Below, in pieces: positions 1-8,354 of a stretch of DNA of 64,000 nucleotides. The stretch comes from a virus. Each line of letters begins with the position of its first letter. Within the stretch, counting starts at the first letter, position 1. The notes beneath the pieces were generated by a model, which saw nothing but the letters and a program-made list of their open reading frames with translations, was not told where the DNA came from and ran no database searches. The stretch lies in IMG/VR virus record IMGVR_UViG_3300036791_001907, positions 64,001-128,000 of that record, one strand, 5' to 3'. A program made the position numbers and the translations under genes.

Positions 1-275
1 TGATCAACGCCATCCGGGTCACCGTTTACGTGGTGGCGAAGCCCAAGGGGCGGGTCAAGCAGCTGCTGCCGGCCTATGTCCGGCTGAAGAACCCCGCCGG
101 TCGGCGCACCTTCGTCGCAGCGACCATCGCGACGGCAACGCCCCGGCGCGCAGAGACGCTGGCGGAGACCATCATTCGGTATGCACACATGGCGACTCGC
201 GATCGCGCGCTCGGGCTCACCGAGCTGGATCCGCTGTTCGACGTGATTGATAAGTTGAAGAAGCGGTACGGCTGA
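1..275 (+). CDS. 5'-truncated hypothetical protein directly upstream of the pentamer array (possible array-associated accessory protein)
   Basis: Frame is open from the window start (..INAIRVTVYVVAKPKGRVKQLLPAYVRLK..TELDPLFDVIDKLKKRYG*). The stop at 273-275 abuts motif copy 1. The LINAIRV...ELDPLFDVID pattern resembles, from memory, phage proteins found next to such pentamer tracts. Confidence 0.7.
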   Translation, partial: INAIRVTVYVVAKPKGRVKQLLPAYVRLKNPAGRRTFVAATIATATPRRAETLAETIIRYAHMATRDRALGLTELDPLFDVIDKLKKRYG

Positions 276-276
276 T

Positions 277-316
277 GCAGCAGACCGACGGTCGGCGGTA
301 TATCCGGTGGTGACGG
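277..316 (+). repeat. Pseudoknot motif copy 1
   Basis: GCAGCAG-ACCG-ACG-GTCGG-CGGT-ATAT-CCGGT-GGTGACGG. Confidence 0.85.
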
Positions 317-668
317 GAAGGCGGCAGAGATCCGGCTTCGTTCGCTCCGGCGTGCGACGCTGGGGCCCGGCAGCCAAGGACCGGCGTGGCAAGCCGCGTT
401 CTGGCTTGCAGCGTCTAGGTTCGGCCGCAGCGGAGGGCCAGGCCGGGGTAGTGTTCGGCTCCGCAGGTCGAGGCTTGTCCCGGTTCGGCAGCTCGGGTGC
501 GTCGTGCTGCGAATAGGCATCGTGAGGCTGGCTTCGGCAGCGTCAGGCAGCGGCGGAGGGCCTTGTCCGGGTGTGGCATTCGGCGGCTTGGCGTGCCCAG
601 GTGAGCCGAGGCCGTACAGGTTAGGCGGGATGCGCCCGGCACTGCAATGGCCTGCTCCGGCTGGCCGG

Positions 669-711
669 GCAGTAAAGAACCGACGGCCAGCGGTATATCT
701 GGCGGTGACGG
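669..711 (+). repeat. Pseudoknot motif copy 2
   Basis: GCAGTAAAGA-ACCG-ACG-GCCAG-CGGT-ATAT-CTGGC-GGTGACGG. Confidence 0.9.
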
Positions 712-1040
712 CAGTTCAGGAGCGGATGGGACGGCCCAGGCAGGGCTTGTTACGGCCCGCCGGGACTCGTTTCGGCGCCGCCGTATTGGTCTGGCTTCAC
801 ATGCCGTGGCGACGTGAGCCGCGGTCAGCACAGGAGCGGCAGCGATGGTTCGTCTAGTCTACACAAGGCAGGCCCAGGCAGCCGGAGGTATGCCCAGCAG
901 GGCCATGGCCGTACAGGACAGCAGGGGTAGGTAAAGCACGGGCAAGCCGTGCCGGGTCCCGGCAGCGAAGCCGAGTTCCGGTGTGGTGCGCCGTGGTGGC
1001 GTCCGTCACGGCGGGCCATGTCGCGGCTAGTCAAGTCGCG

Positions 1041-1083
1041 GCAGCAAAAAACCTATGGCCACAGGTATATGTGGTGGTGATGG
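1041..1083 (+). repeat. Pseudoknot motif copy 3
   Basis: GCAGCAAAAA-ACCT-ATG-GCCAC-AGGT-ATAT-GTGGT-GGTGATGG. Confidence 0.9.
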
Positions 1084-1624
1084 CAGGCAGGGCAAGCCCT
1101 GTCACGTCGCGGTGCGGCATGTCCCGGCAGCGTAGGCTTGGTCAGATACGCGAAGTCCTGGTACGCCGCGGCCGGCACAGGTTAGCTGCGGCCAGGCAGC
1201 ATAGGCTCGTCCCAGCAAAGGCAGGTCGCGACAGGGCTGGCCGCGGTTCGGCAGCATTGGCTGGGAAAGCCCAGCCCAGGTTCGCCGCGCCACGCAGGGC
1301 TTCGGCGGGGCGGGGCAGTCAAGGATCGGCATGGCGTGTCTAGCCACGGTCCGTCATGGCGAGTCGTGCTGCGGCAGCGGCGGAGAGCCGAGCCGTGGTG
1401 GCAACTGGTGGGCCAAGCTACGTTGTGGCGACGCCGGATAGGTATGGCATGCCCCGGACTGCCATGGCGAGTCATGGCGGGCCATGGCGAGCCGTGGCCG
1501 CGAAGGAGTGGCCGCCCGGCGTTCGTCCGGCGTTGGTTGGTCTAGGTAGGGACGCGTCAGCCGGGGCAGTCATGGTTTGGCGCGGCTTGCCTGGTCGTGC
1601 CACGGCAAGCGATGCCAGGGATGG

Positions 1625-1667
1625 GCAGCAAAAAACCCATGGTCACGGGTATATGTGACGGTGATGG
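1625..1667 (+). repeat. Pseudoknot motif copy 4
   Basis: GCAGCAAAAA-ACCC-ATG-GTCAC-GGGT-ATAT-GTGAC-GGTGATGG. Confidence 0.9.
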
Positions 1668-1936
1668 TGCGGCAGCTCGGCCCTGCCATGATGGGGCATG
1701 TCGAGCCGCGGCCAGCAGCGCAATGGTAGCGCTGGTGTTCCCAAGCTTGGCCTGGGTAAGTCAAGCGCTGGCCAGCCGGGGCAGCGAAGGTGAGGCTAGA
1801 TCTATCGAGCCTAGCGCTGTCATGTGCTGGTGAGCCGGGGTGAGCCTCGGTACGGTATCGCCGCTCTGGCGGCGTTAGTCGTGACATCGAAAGCTGTGGT
1901 ATGCCGAGTCGAGGTCAGACAGCAGAGGAGGTGTGA

Positions 1937-2152
1937 ATGATCGGACCCAAGTGCGAGTGCCGAAAGCCGACCTTTCCGTCTGAAGACGAACAGTCCTGGC
2001 TGTGCATGAACCCGGAGTGTGCGGGCTTCCAGCAGGTCTACTGCGAGTTGACGCCGGCAGACCTGGCGCTCATCGCCAAGCTGAAGGCGCTGGCCAATGG
2101 CCACTGGCAGCGTGTTGCAAAAACCCGAAAACTCCGCGGTACCAGGAAGTGA
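1937..2152 (+). CDS. Small Cys-rich hypothetical protein inserted inside the array
   Basis: Strong RBS (AGGAGGTG) before the ATG; CxC...CxxxxC; pentamer periodicity is absent over this interval. Confidence 0.65.
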   Translation: MIGPKCECRKPTFPSEDEQSWLCMNPECAGFQQVYCELTPADLALIAKLKALANGHWQRVAKTRKLRGTRK

Positions 2153-2225
2153 TGAACGGTTCGGCAGCCGCGGTGAGGTGCGACCGGGTTCGTCCAGCGA
2201 TGGCGGACCTTGGTGTGGCATCACA

Positions 2226-2265
2226 GCAGTAAACCTATGGCCACAGGTATAAGTGGCGGTGATGG
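2226..2265 (+). repeat. Pseudoknot motif copy 5
   Basis: GCAGTAA-ACCT-ATG-GCCAC-AGGT-ATAA-GTGGC-GGTGATGG. Confidence 0.9.
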
Positions 2266-2729
2266 AATGGCAGCATCGGACGGGCTCGGACGGGCCATGA
2301 CGGGCCGGGTTAGCTGTGCCGCGTCAAGGCAGTACTGGCTAGGTTTTTCAGGGCATGCTCTGGTGCGCCTGGTCACGGCCGTCTAGGTGAGGAGTCGCGT
2401 GCAGCGGCTTGCCACGGCCAGTTCTGTCGAGGCAAGCCGAGGCCGTCAAGGTGCGGCCAGGCAAGTAATGCAGGGATCGGGCTGGCTATGGTCCGGCCGC
2501 AATGGCAAGGTTAGTTGCGGCTGGTACCGGCGGGGCGAGCCCTGCTGTGGTATGGCCGTAACGGTAGTCCGCGGAGCGCCATGGACGGCCCCGCTCAGGC
2601 TGGCCAAGGTCGGCCGAGGCAGTCTTGCAAGGGATCGTCCAGCCTGGTTGTGCCATGGCCAGGCAGGGGAGCAGAGGTGTGTTCTGGCACCCTGTGATCT
2701 GGCCGGCCAAGTCACGGCAAGGCCGGGCA

Positions 2730-2769
2730 GCAGTAAACCCATGGTCGCGGGTATATGCGACGGTGATGG
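2730..2769 (+). repeat. Pseudoknot motif copy 6
   Basis: GCAGTAA-ACCC-ATG-GTCGC-GGGT-ATAT-GCGAC-GGTGATGG. Confidence 0.9.
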
Positions 2770-3122
2770 AAGGGCAGCCGTGGACAGCAGGGTTATGATG
2801 CGCTGCGCAAGGGCTGGTCCTGGCAGGCCAAGGATCGGCAGGAGAGCACAGGTCCGGTCTGCATAGTAGTGGCGAGACCTACCATGTCGAGCCGGGTTTC
2901 GGCAGCAATGCGAAGGTGAGCCTTGCCGGGGCGGCCGTAGCTGTGGCAGTGTAGTCGAGTCGTGGCAAGCCTAGTCCGGCATAGTTGGGCTCTGGTCCGG
3001 TCCGGCAGCAGAAGTGTGTCTTGGTCCGCCGCGTCGCGACGCGGTGGGATCCGGCAGTAATGGTGCGGCTAGTCATGGCGCCGCGAGCCGCGCTGTGTCA
3101 TGTCATGATCTGGCTAGGCCGG

Positions 3123-3165
3123 ACAGCAAAAAACCGATGGCCAGCGGTATATCTGGTGGTGACGG
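3123..3165 (+). repeat. Pseudoknot motif copy 7
   Basis: ACAGCAAAAA-ACCG-ATG-GCCAG-CGGT-ATAT-CTGGT-GGTGACGG. Confidence 0.9.
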
Positions 3166-3474
3166 GAAGCATCGGCAGCGACGGCAAGCCGTGGTGTGGT
3201 ATGCCCGGCTCCGCCAAGCTACGGCAGCAGTGGGCAGGCTGGGCAGGTTTTGCTCCGTCGTGTCGAGTGTTGGTAAGGCAGCCATGGTGTGGCCCGGCGC
3301 GTCATGTCGCGTCGTCCTTTGCGCCGGCATGGCGTGGCCGCTGTGGCAAGACACCCTTAGTCATGATGGGGCCGGGCGGGCACCTGTTTGCTGCGCCGAG
3401 TCGTGGCAGTGACGCAGTGGTGTGTTGTGCCCCGGCCTGCCCCGGCGAGTCCTGTCATCGTGGGCAGCGCTGAG

Positions 3475-3517
3475 GCAGCAAAAAACCCATGGCCACGGGT
3501 ATATGTGGCGGTGATGG
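3475..3517 (+). repeat. Pseudoknot motif copy 8
   Basis: GCAGCAAAAA-ACCC-ATG-GCCAC-GGGT-ATAT-GTGGC-GGTGATGG. Confidence 0.9.
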
Positions 3518-3840
3518 ACAGCCCCGCGCTGGCCGGCTTTGGTCAGCCATGCAGAGCTGCGGCAGCAGAGGTGAGGCGTGACCAGCACAGCCGGGGTACG
3601 GTTCGCTGTGCCCTGGTTAGGCAGGTGGGTCATGGTTCGCGATGGCGCGTTGAGCCTTGCCATGGTGAGGCAGCAATGGATCGGCGGGCTGTGGCACGGC
3701 AAGCCTGGGTCGGATCCGCTGCGGCAGCGGAGGTGCGGAACGCCATGGACCGGCAGGGTGGGCCAGGGTGGGCCGAGCCACGGCAGCACGGGTGTGCCGT
3801 GTCCGGCCTAGTCAAGGACGGATGAGCCGCGCACTGTGGA

Positions 3841-3870
3841 AGGGGGCGTGGTCTTCGGGCCACGCCCCCT
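3841..3870 (+). terminator. Hairpin closing the array (cUUCGg tetraloop), between convergent units
   Basis: AGGGGGCGTGGTC-TTCG-GGCCACGCCCCCT; 13-bp stem with one G.U on the + strand; no long U tract. Confidence 0.65.
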
Positions 3871-3872
3871 CC

Positions 3873-4079
3873 TTATACCTTCACGCCGGCGAGCAACTCG
3901 AAGACCCCGAATGCCTTACACAAAAAGATGATCAGAACCAGGGCCAGCAGACCATAAGCGAGGTGAATACACCACCGCGGGTAAGCCAGCCTCGATCCCA
4001 GCTGCTGATCGGCGAAGGCGACCAGCGCGCAGGCGATGATGAACGCCAGAACGGCCAGCAAAACGCCGAGCAAACTCAC
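3873..4079 (-). CDS. Small two-TM membrane protein (holin-like size)
   Basis: Two hydrophobic segments; start overlaps the stop of the upstream gene. Confidence 0.6.
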   Translation of the reverse strand: MSLLGVLLAVLAFIIACALVAFADQQLGSRLAYPRWCIHLAYGLLALVLIIFLCKAFGVFELLAGVKV

Positions 4080-5251
4080 GGTGCACCTCCCTGACGATGA
4101 GTCGCGGCCAGGGCCCGCAGATCCTCACGAGTGAACCCCGTCCGGACGCCAGCTTCCTTGACGAAGGGACGAATGGACCGATCCGCGCACAGTGTATCGA
4201 AGATCCGGGCATCGCCCAGTGGCAGCGTCGGAATGATCTCAGCCATCTTGGTCGCATCAACATGGATGCCATCGCTGTCGATGGCGTTGGCCAGCTCATC
4301 ACCCATGTAACTTCGCACGTCACGAATTCGCAACCGGCCCAGGTCATCGCGGTTGTAGACCGAGCCGCTGGTCGTCGAGACGTGCTGGTCGGCCAGCGCC
4401 GAGGCCACCTTCCGTGTGATCCTGAAAAGCAGGTCCTCGGCCCGCGGCACGGCGGCGGAATATTCACGAATGCGCAGCATCCGGTCGAGCTGATCGATGA
4501 CCTCGGCAGTCTTGATCAGCCGGTCAGGCGCGCGGGACTTGGCCGGATCCTTGGTGATCATGTCGGCCATCCTCTCCAGCTCGCCGGCGAGATCAGGATC
4601 CCGGGCGCGCGCGATCTTGGCGCGATCGCGAACCAGCTGCGCCGCCTCGCTTGCCGAGCAACCGCCGAAGCCGGCCATCCGTTCCAATGGTTCGTCCAGG
4701 CTGCCGAGCGCAGCCCCGTACCGGGCGGCCTTCTGGAGGATCGCCCGCGCCATCTTCAAACGGTCCGGGAAGGTGAACTCATCTCGCCATTTGTGGATGT
4801 ATTCGGCGGCGGCCTTGACCTCGAGCGCATTCCGCAGCGGCAGCTGCCGCTCATTCCCCTGGATCCAGGCAAAGTCCGAGTCAGGCAGCTTCGCCAGGTC
4901 ATCATGGGCCATCGCCGCGGCCTTCTCGCGCAGCGCATCGGCCTGGGACTCGATCCCCCAGAAGCGGGCGGCTTCCGTGAGCCGGCCCTCGATCTCCGCA
5001 GCCTCGCGCTGCGGCAGTCCGGCTTTCTTGTCGACGAAGAACGCTGCTGACAGCCATGTCGCAGCTTTTGTATGCATGGGATAGCGGCGGTGCCGCTGGT
5101 CGGCAAACAGATGCGGCAGGGTTGACTCTGGCCCACAGAGCTGTTCGACGCTAGCCTCTTTAACAAAGGCTGGTGCCTCGAAGAGCTGGACCAGTCGGTA
5201 TGTTTCCTGACCGCCAAGGTCGGTCGTCTGATCGAGGATCGGTTGTGGCAC
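4076..5251 (-). CDS. Phage hypothetical protein with two DUF6582-like motifs (possible head assembly/scaffold protein)
   Basis: GTG at 5251 with AAGGAGG RBS; internal repeats LPHLFAD..RRYPMHTKAA and LPDSDFAW..RQLPLRNALEVKAA. Confidence 0.6.
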   Translation of the reverse strand: MPQPILDQTTDLGGQETYRLVQLFEAPAFVKEASVEQLCGPESTLPHLFADQRHRRYPMHTKAATWLSAAFFVDKKAGLPQREAAEIEGRLTEAARFWGIESQADALREKAAAMAHDDLAKLPDSDFAWIQGNERQLPLRNALEVKAAAEYIHKWRDEFTFPDRLKMARAILQKAARYGAALGSLDEPLERMAGFGGCSASEAAQLVRDRAKIARARDPDLAGELERMADMITKDPAKSRAPDRLIKTAEVIDQLDRMLRIREYSAAVPRAEDLLFRITRKVASALADQHVSTTSGSVYNRDDLGRLRIRDVRSYMGDELANAIDSDGIHVDATKMAEIIPTLPLGDARIFDTLCADRSIRPFVKEAGVRTGFTREDLRALAATHRQGGAP

Positions 5252-7971
5252 AGCTTCCCTCCTTGAATGCGTTTCTGCCCTGGACGAGCGTCCTGCCGGT
5301 ACTCGGCGTGGAGGTCCACGGCGCGGCATTACCGGCCACGGTGCGCTGCCCATTGTGCCAGCGCCAGGCGCTTGGAGTCTACAAGGACCCTTCACGCCGT
5401 GGCGAGTGGTACCATTGTAGCGGTTGCAGCTTCGCGGGCGATGGGGTCGAGCTGACGGCGGCCGTCGGCACGATCTCGATCGGCAGCGCGATCCTCAAGC
5501 TGGCCGCGCGCGGATTGCCCATCCCACCCATCTTGCTGGAGCCTGAGCGGCTCGACGTCTACACCAAGCGGGTCGACGCCCAGCGGCAGGCACAGGTCTT
5601 CTGGGACGCCGCCCGCGCCTCGACGGCCGATACCGGCAACACCGGCCCGGCGCAGCGCAAGCTGGGCATTGCCCCCGGCGCCATGCATGCCCCGGAATGG
5701 CCGCGGCGGGGCGGCCGGTTCGTGGGCCATTGCCGCGTCCCCGAGATCGAGGCGCTGCTGCGGTCCTACGTGCTGAACTACCGGCGCAAGCAGGGCAAGC
5801 ACAACATTGGCGGCGTGGGTTGGAATCCCCTGTTCGTCGGTCCCGGCTGGCGCGATCTTCTGGTCATCGCCTATCAGGACGTGCTCGGCCGGATCTCGGG
5901 CTTCCTGCTGATCGGCCGCGAGGCGCGCTGGCCCGAGGACTTCGTCTTCGCTCCCGCCCGGCACCGCAGGGATGGCCGGGTGTGGACTACCGGCGTGACG
6001 ATGCTCGAGACGGCGCTGCCCCTGCATCGCGAGTTCGCCGACACGATCTTCGTGATCGATGATCCGGTGCTGGCCGTGCGGCTTCAGCTCCGCCATCTGG
6101 CGGCCTCGGATACGCCGCTGCCCGTGGCGGGCGCCTGGGGCAGGCCGGAGGCCAAGTCGATCTGGCCCTGCCTGCCGCGGCGGAACCTGGTCCACTGGTC
6201 GCCCGAGCCCGATGGCCGGCTGATCGCCCGCGCCCGGGCATCGGGCGGGCGGGTCGCCCTGACTCCGGCCGGGACGGCCGTTAGCGGGCACCTGGAGCGA
6301 TCCAGGCCGATCCAGGCCTTGCGGGGCATGCTGACCGCCGCGCGGCCCTGGGACGCGGCCCTGGAGGCCCTCCTGGCCAGGCTGGCGCCCGCCAAGGCCG
6401 AGGAGCTGGTGCTGGGACTGAAGCTCCAGCCCGATGAGACGGCGGGCTTCCTGCGGACCTGCGCCGACGATACCCGGGCGCGGCTGTCGGCCTTGCTCGC
6501 GGACGCGGGCAAGCCCCGGGGGGTGACCATCAGCGGCAAGACGGTCGTCGAGTCCGGCGGCGCCTGGCGGGTCGCCAAGAGTGGTGAGCTTGTCTGTGAC
6601 GCCGTCCTGAGGATCGCCCAGGTGATCCGCGCGGCCAACGGGGGCGTCTCCTACCGGGGCTCGATCGAGTACCGCGGCCAGTCACTCCCCTTCTGGGCTC
6701 CCGACACCGAGATCGAGAAGGATCCCCTGCGCTGGCTCCGGACCAAGGTGGGCCAGGCCGGACTGGGCGAGGTTCTCATTGGCAGTATTTACTGGTCCAA
6801 GCACCTGCTCACGATCGCCCAGCAGCTGGAACCGCCGCGGTCGGTTCGCGGTCTCGACGCTGTGGGCTGGGATGACGACCGCAACGCGTTTGCCCTGCCC
6901 CGGTTCCTGCTCCGCGGCAATGGCGACGTCGCAGTCCCGGACTATGTCGTGCCACCGGAGGCCGTATTGCCCGCCGCCGGCCTGGCGCCGCCCGAGGGGC
7001 TGGCGCCCGGCGCGCGGGTGGCCCTGGCCTGGGGCGACGAGGCCAACGAGCTGTTCTGGGCGGTGGCGACCTGCCTGCTCACCGATATTCTGGCGCCGGC
7101 CTTGGGGCTACAGCGGACGTCGACCGCCCTGGTCGGCGTGGGCGCCATCGCGGCGGGCCAGGCAACGGCGCGCGCCTTCGGCTGCCTGGAGGTACCCGTG
7201 GGCTATGACTCTGCGCAGCAGGTCGCCGCCGAGACCCGGCGGTTGCTGGGCGCTGGGCACCGCTGGCCGCTCCTGGCCCGCCGCCGCGACAACGAGACCA
7301 CCCGAACGATCCATGTCAAGAGTCTGAGCATGCTGCCGCCAGGGATGATCGCTGCGGTCGGCCAGTGGCCGGCTGCGGTGCTGTCGCTCTCCGGCGGCTG
7401 GCACGTGGTCACCTGCGACCACACCGTGAACACGGAGCGGATCCGCGAGCACGGCGCCGCGATCCTGACGAACTATCTCAAGGATCTCTGCGCGCGGCGG
7501 CTGAGCCTGGAGCCCGAGGGCAACCTGCTCGATGCGGTTCACGCCGACCTGGTCGCCTGGTACGGGCGGGCGCAGGCCACGCCGCGGCCGGTCGAACGGG
7601 CCCGCCAGCATCTCAGTGCCGATGATCCGGCGGCGCGCGGCGATCGGTTCGGCCGGATGGTGGCCCGGCTGATCGCCGCCGGCGATCTGCATCTGACCAC
7701 GCCGACCGCCAATGCCCAGCACGCCATCATTCTGCTCGGCAATGACCAGGTCCATATTCCCAAGTGGGAGTTCATCGAAGGCGTCGCGAAGAAGCGCACG
7801 CCTGTGCTGGACGTTGACGCGCTCTCCGCGCAGCTACGCACTTCGCAGGTTCTGCTCGCGGAGCGGGACCAGGACTACGTGGCCGGCTGGATCGTCTCGG
7901 AGCGCTGGCTGCGCCAGCGCATGGACGACCTCCGGCGTGAGGATCAACCCGGCGTCAGTCTTGTCAAGTAG
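5245..7971 (+). CDS. Large protein with N-terminal primase-type Zn finger (degenerate primase/DUF927-like)
   Basis: VRCPLC...WYHCSGCSFAGDG; later VGWDD..AFALP; GTG at 5245 after GAGGA; no intact TOPRIM or Walker A seen. Confidence 0.55.
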   Translation: MAQLPSLNAFLPWTSVLPVLGVEVHGAALPATVRCPLCQRQALGVYKDPSRRGEWYHCSGCSFAGDGVELTAAVGTISIGSAILKLAARGLPIPPILLEPERLDVYTKRVDAQRQAQVFWDAARASTADTGNTGPAQRKLGIAPGAMHAPEWPRRGGRFVGHCRVPEIEALLRSYVLNYRRKQGKHNIGGVGWNPLFVGPGWRDLLVIAYQDVLGRISGFLLIGREARWPEDFVFAPARHRRDGRVWTTGVTMLETALPLHREFADTIFVIDDPVLAVRLQLRHLAASDTPLPVAGAWGRPEAKSIWPCLPRRNLVHWSPEPDGRLIARARASGGRVALTPAGTAVSGHLERSRPIQALRGMLTAARPWDAALEALLARLAPAKAEELVLGLKLQPDETAGFLRTCADDTRARLSALLADAGKPRGVTISGKTVVESGGAWRVAKSGELVCDAVLRIAQVIRAANGGVSYRGSIEYRGQSLPFWAPDTEIEKDPLRWLRTKVGQAGLGEVLIGSIYWSKHLLTIAQQLEPPRSVRGLDAVGWDDDRNAFALPRFLLRGNGDVAVPDYVVPPEAVLPAAGLAPPEGLAPGARVALAWGDEANELFWAVATCLLTDILAPALGLQRTSTALVGVGAIAAGQATARAFGCLEVPVGYDSAQQVAAETRRLLGAGHRWPLLARRRDNETTRTIHVKSLSMLPPGMIAAVGQWPAAVLSLSGGWHVVTCDHTVNTERIREHGAAILTNYLKDLCARRLSLEPEGNLLDAVHADLVAWYGRAQATPRPVERARQHLSADDPAARGDRFGRMVARLIAAGDLHLTTPTANAQHAIILLGNDQVHIPKWEFIEGVAKKRTPVLDVDALSAQLRTSQVLLAERDQDYVAGWIVSERWLRQRMDDLRREDQPGVSLVK

Positions 7972-7982
7972 GAGGTTCCCTG

Positions 7983-8219
7983 ATGGCTGTCAGTGCACGT
8001 ACCACCAAGTTCACCGGCCCCCGCGCCGCGTCCGCCGACGATGACGACTACGACGATGGCAACATCGACATCGACGGCGACGAGGACGACCTCGATCTTG
8101 AGGATGCGGATGATGATCTTGACGACGAGGACGACGACAGCCTCGATGACGAGGACGAAGACGACGGCGACGATGACGTTGCCGATCCCGCCGAGGACCC
8201 CGCCGAGGAAGTGGTCTAG
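7983..8219 (+). CDS. Small extremely acidic protein
   Basis: GGAGG RBS; short basic N-terminus followed by ~60 aa dominated by Asp/Glu. Confidence 0.7.
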   Translation: MAVSARTTKFTGPRAASADDDDYDDGNIDIDGDEDDLDLEDADDDLDDEDDDSLDDEDEDDGDDDVADPAEDPAEEVV

Positions 8220-8220
8220 G

Positions 8221-8237
8221 CGTTACGCAGCATAACG
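8221..8237. promoter_or_regulatory. 17-bp palindromic site, copy A
   Basis: CGTTACGCAGCATAACG immediately after a stop codon. Confidence 0.6.
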
Positions 8238-8252
8238 AACTGGAGGCGAACC

Positions 8253-8354
8253 CATGTCGTGCAGACTCCGCTGACAGCACCTTGGCATCGGACTGCGTGA
8301 CATGATAGCTATCCGGGGGCGGTCTGCTGATCACAGGCCTTCCCCCCGGATAGC
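8253..8354 (+). other. Two adjacent hairpins in a convergent intergenic region (terminator or small structured RNA)
   Basis: CATGTCGTGCAG/CTGCGTGACATG (8253-8304, G.U pairs on + strand) and GCTATCCGGGGG/CCCCCGGATAGC (8308-8354). Confidence 0.5.

Larger units (their letters stand above)
277..3830 (+). ncRNA. Array of degenerate GGY-NN pentamer tracts punctuated by pseudoknot motifs (candidate guide-RNA array, VIPR-like)
   Basis: Clear 5-nt periodicity, e.g. 3062-3126 GGTGC GGCTA GTCAT GGCGC CGCGA GCCGC GCTGT GTCAT GTCAT GATCT GGCTA GGCCG GACAG, and 376-425 AA-GGA CC-GGC GT-GGC AA-GCC GC-GTT CT-GGC TT-GCA GC-GTC TA-GGT TC-GGC. GGCAG delimiters; 8 conserved ~40-nt motifs; ends at a UUCG hairpin. 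Confidence 0.75.

Noticed and set aside
669-711. Known small riboswitch or ribozyme (preQ1, guanidine-III, fluoride, HDV/theta)
   Set aside because: Their conserved residues and topology were not matched by eye; an Rfam search is still needed.
1041-1083. -1 ribosomal frameshift signal (A AAA AAC plus pseudoknot)
   Set aside because: The A-run is missing in several copies, there is no spacer between heptamer and stem, and the context is non-coding.
277-3517. CRISPR array or TIGR array interpretation
   Set aside because: The repeats are 350-600 nt apart, vary with covariation and are separated by periodic tracts rather than 30-40 nt unique spacers. No regular ~36-nt TIGR-type unit and no cas1/cas2 were seen.
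277-3830. Numerous overlapping 60-160 aa ORFs on both strands
   Set aside because: Low-complexity Arg/Gly/Ala/Trp translations without RBSs, produced by GC-rich pentamer repeats; only 1937-2152 looks real.
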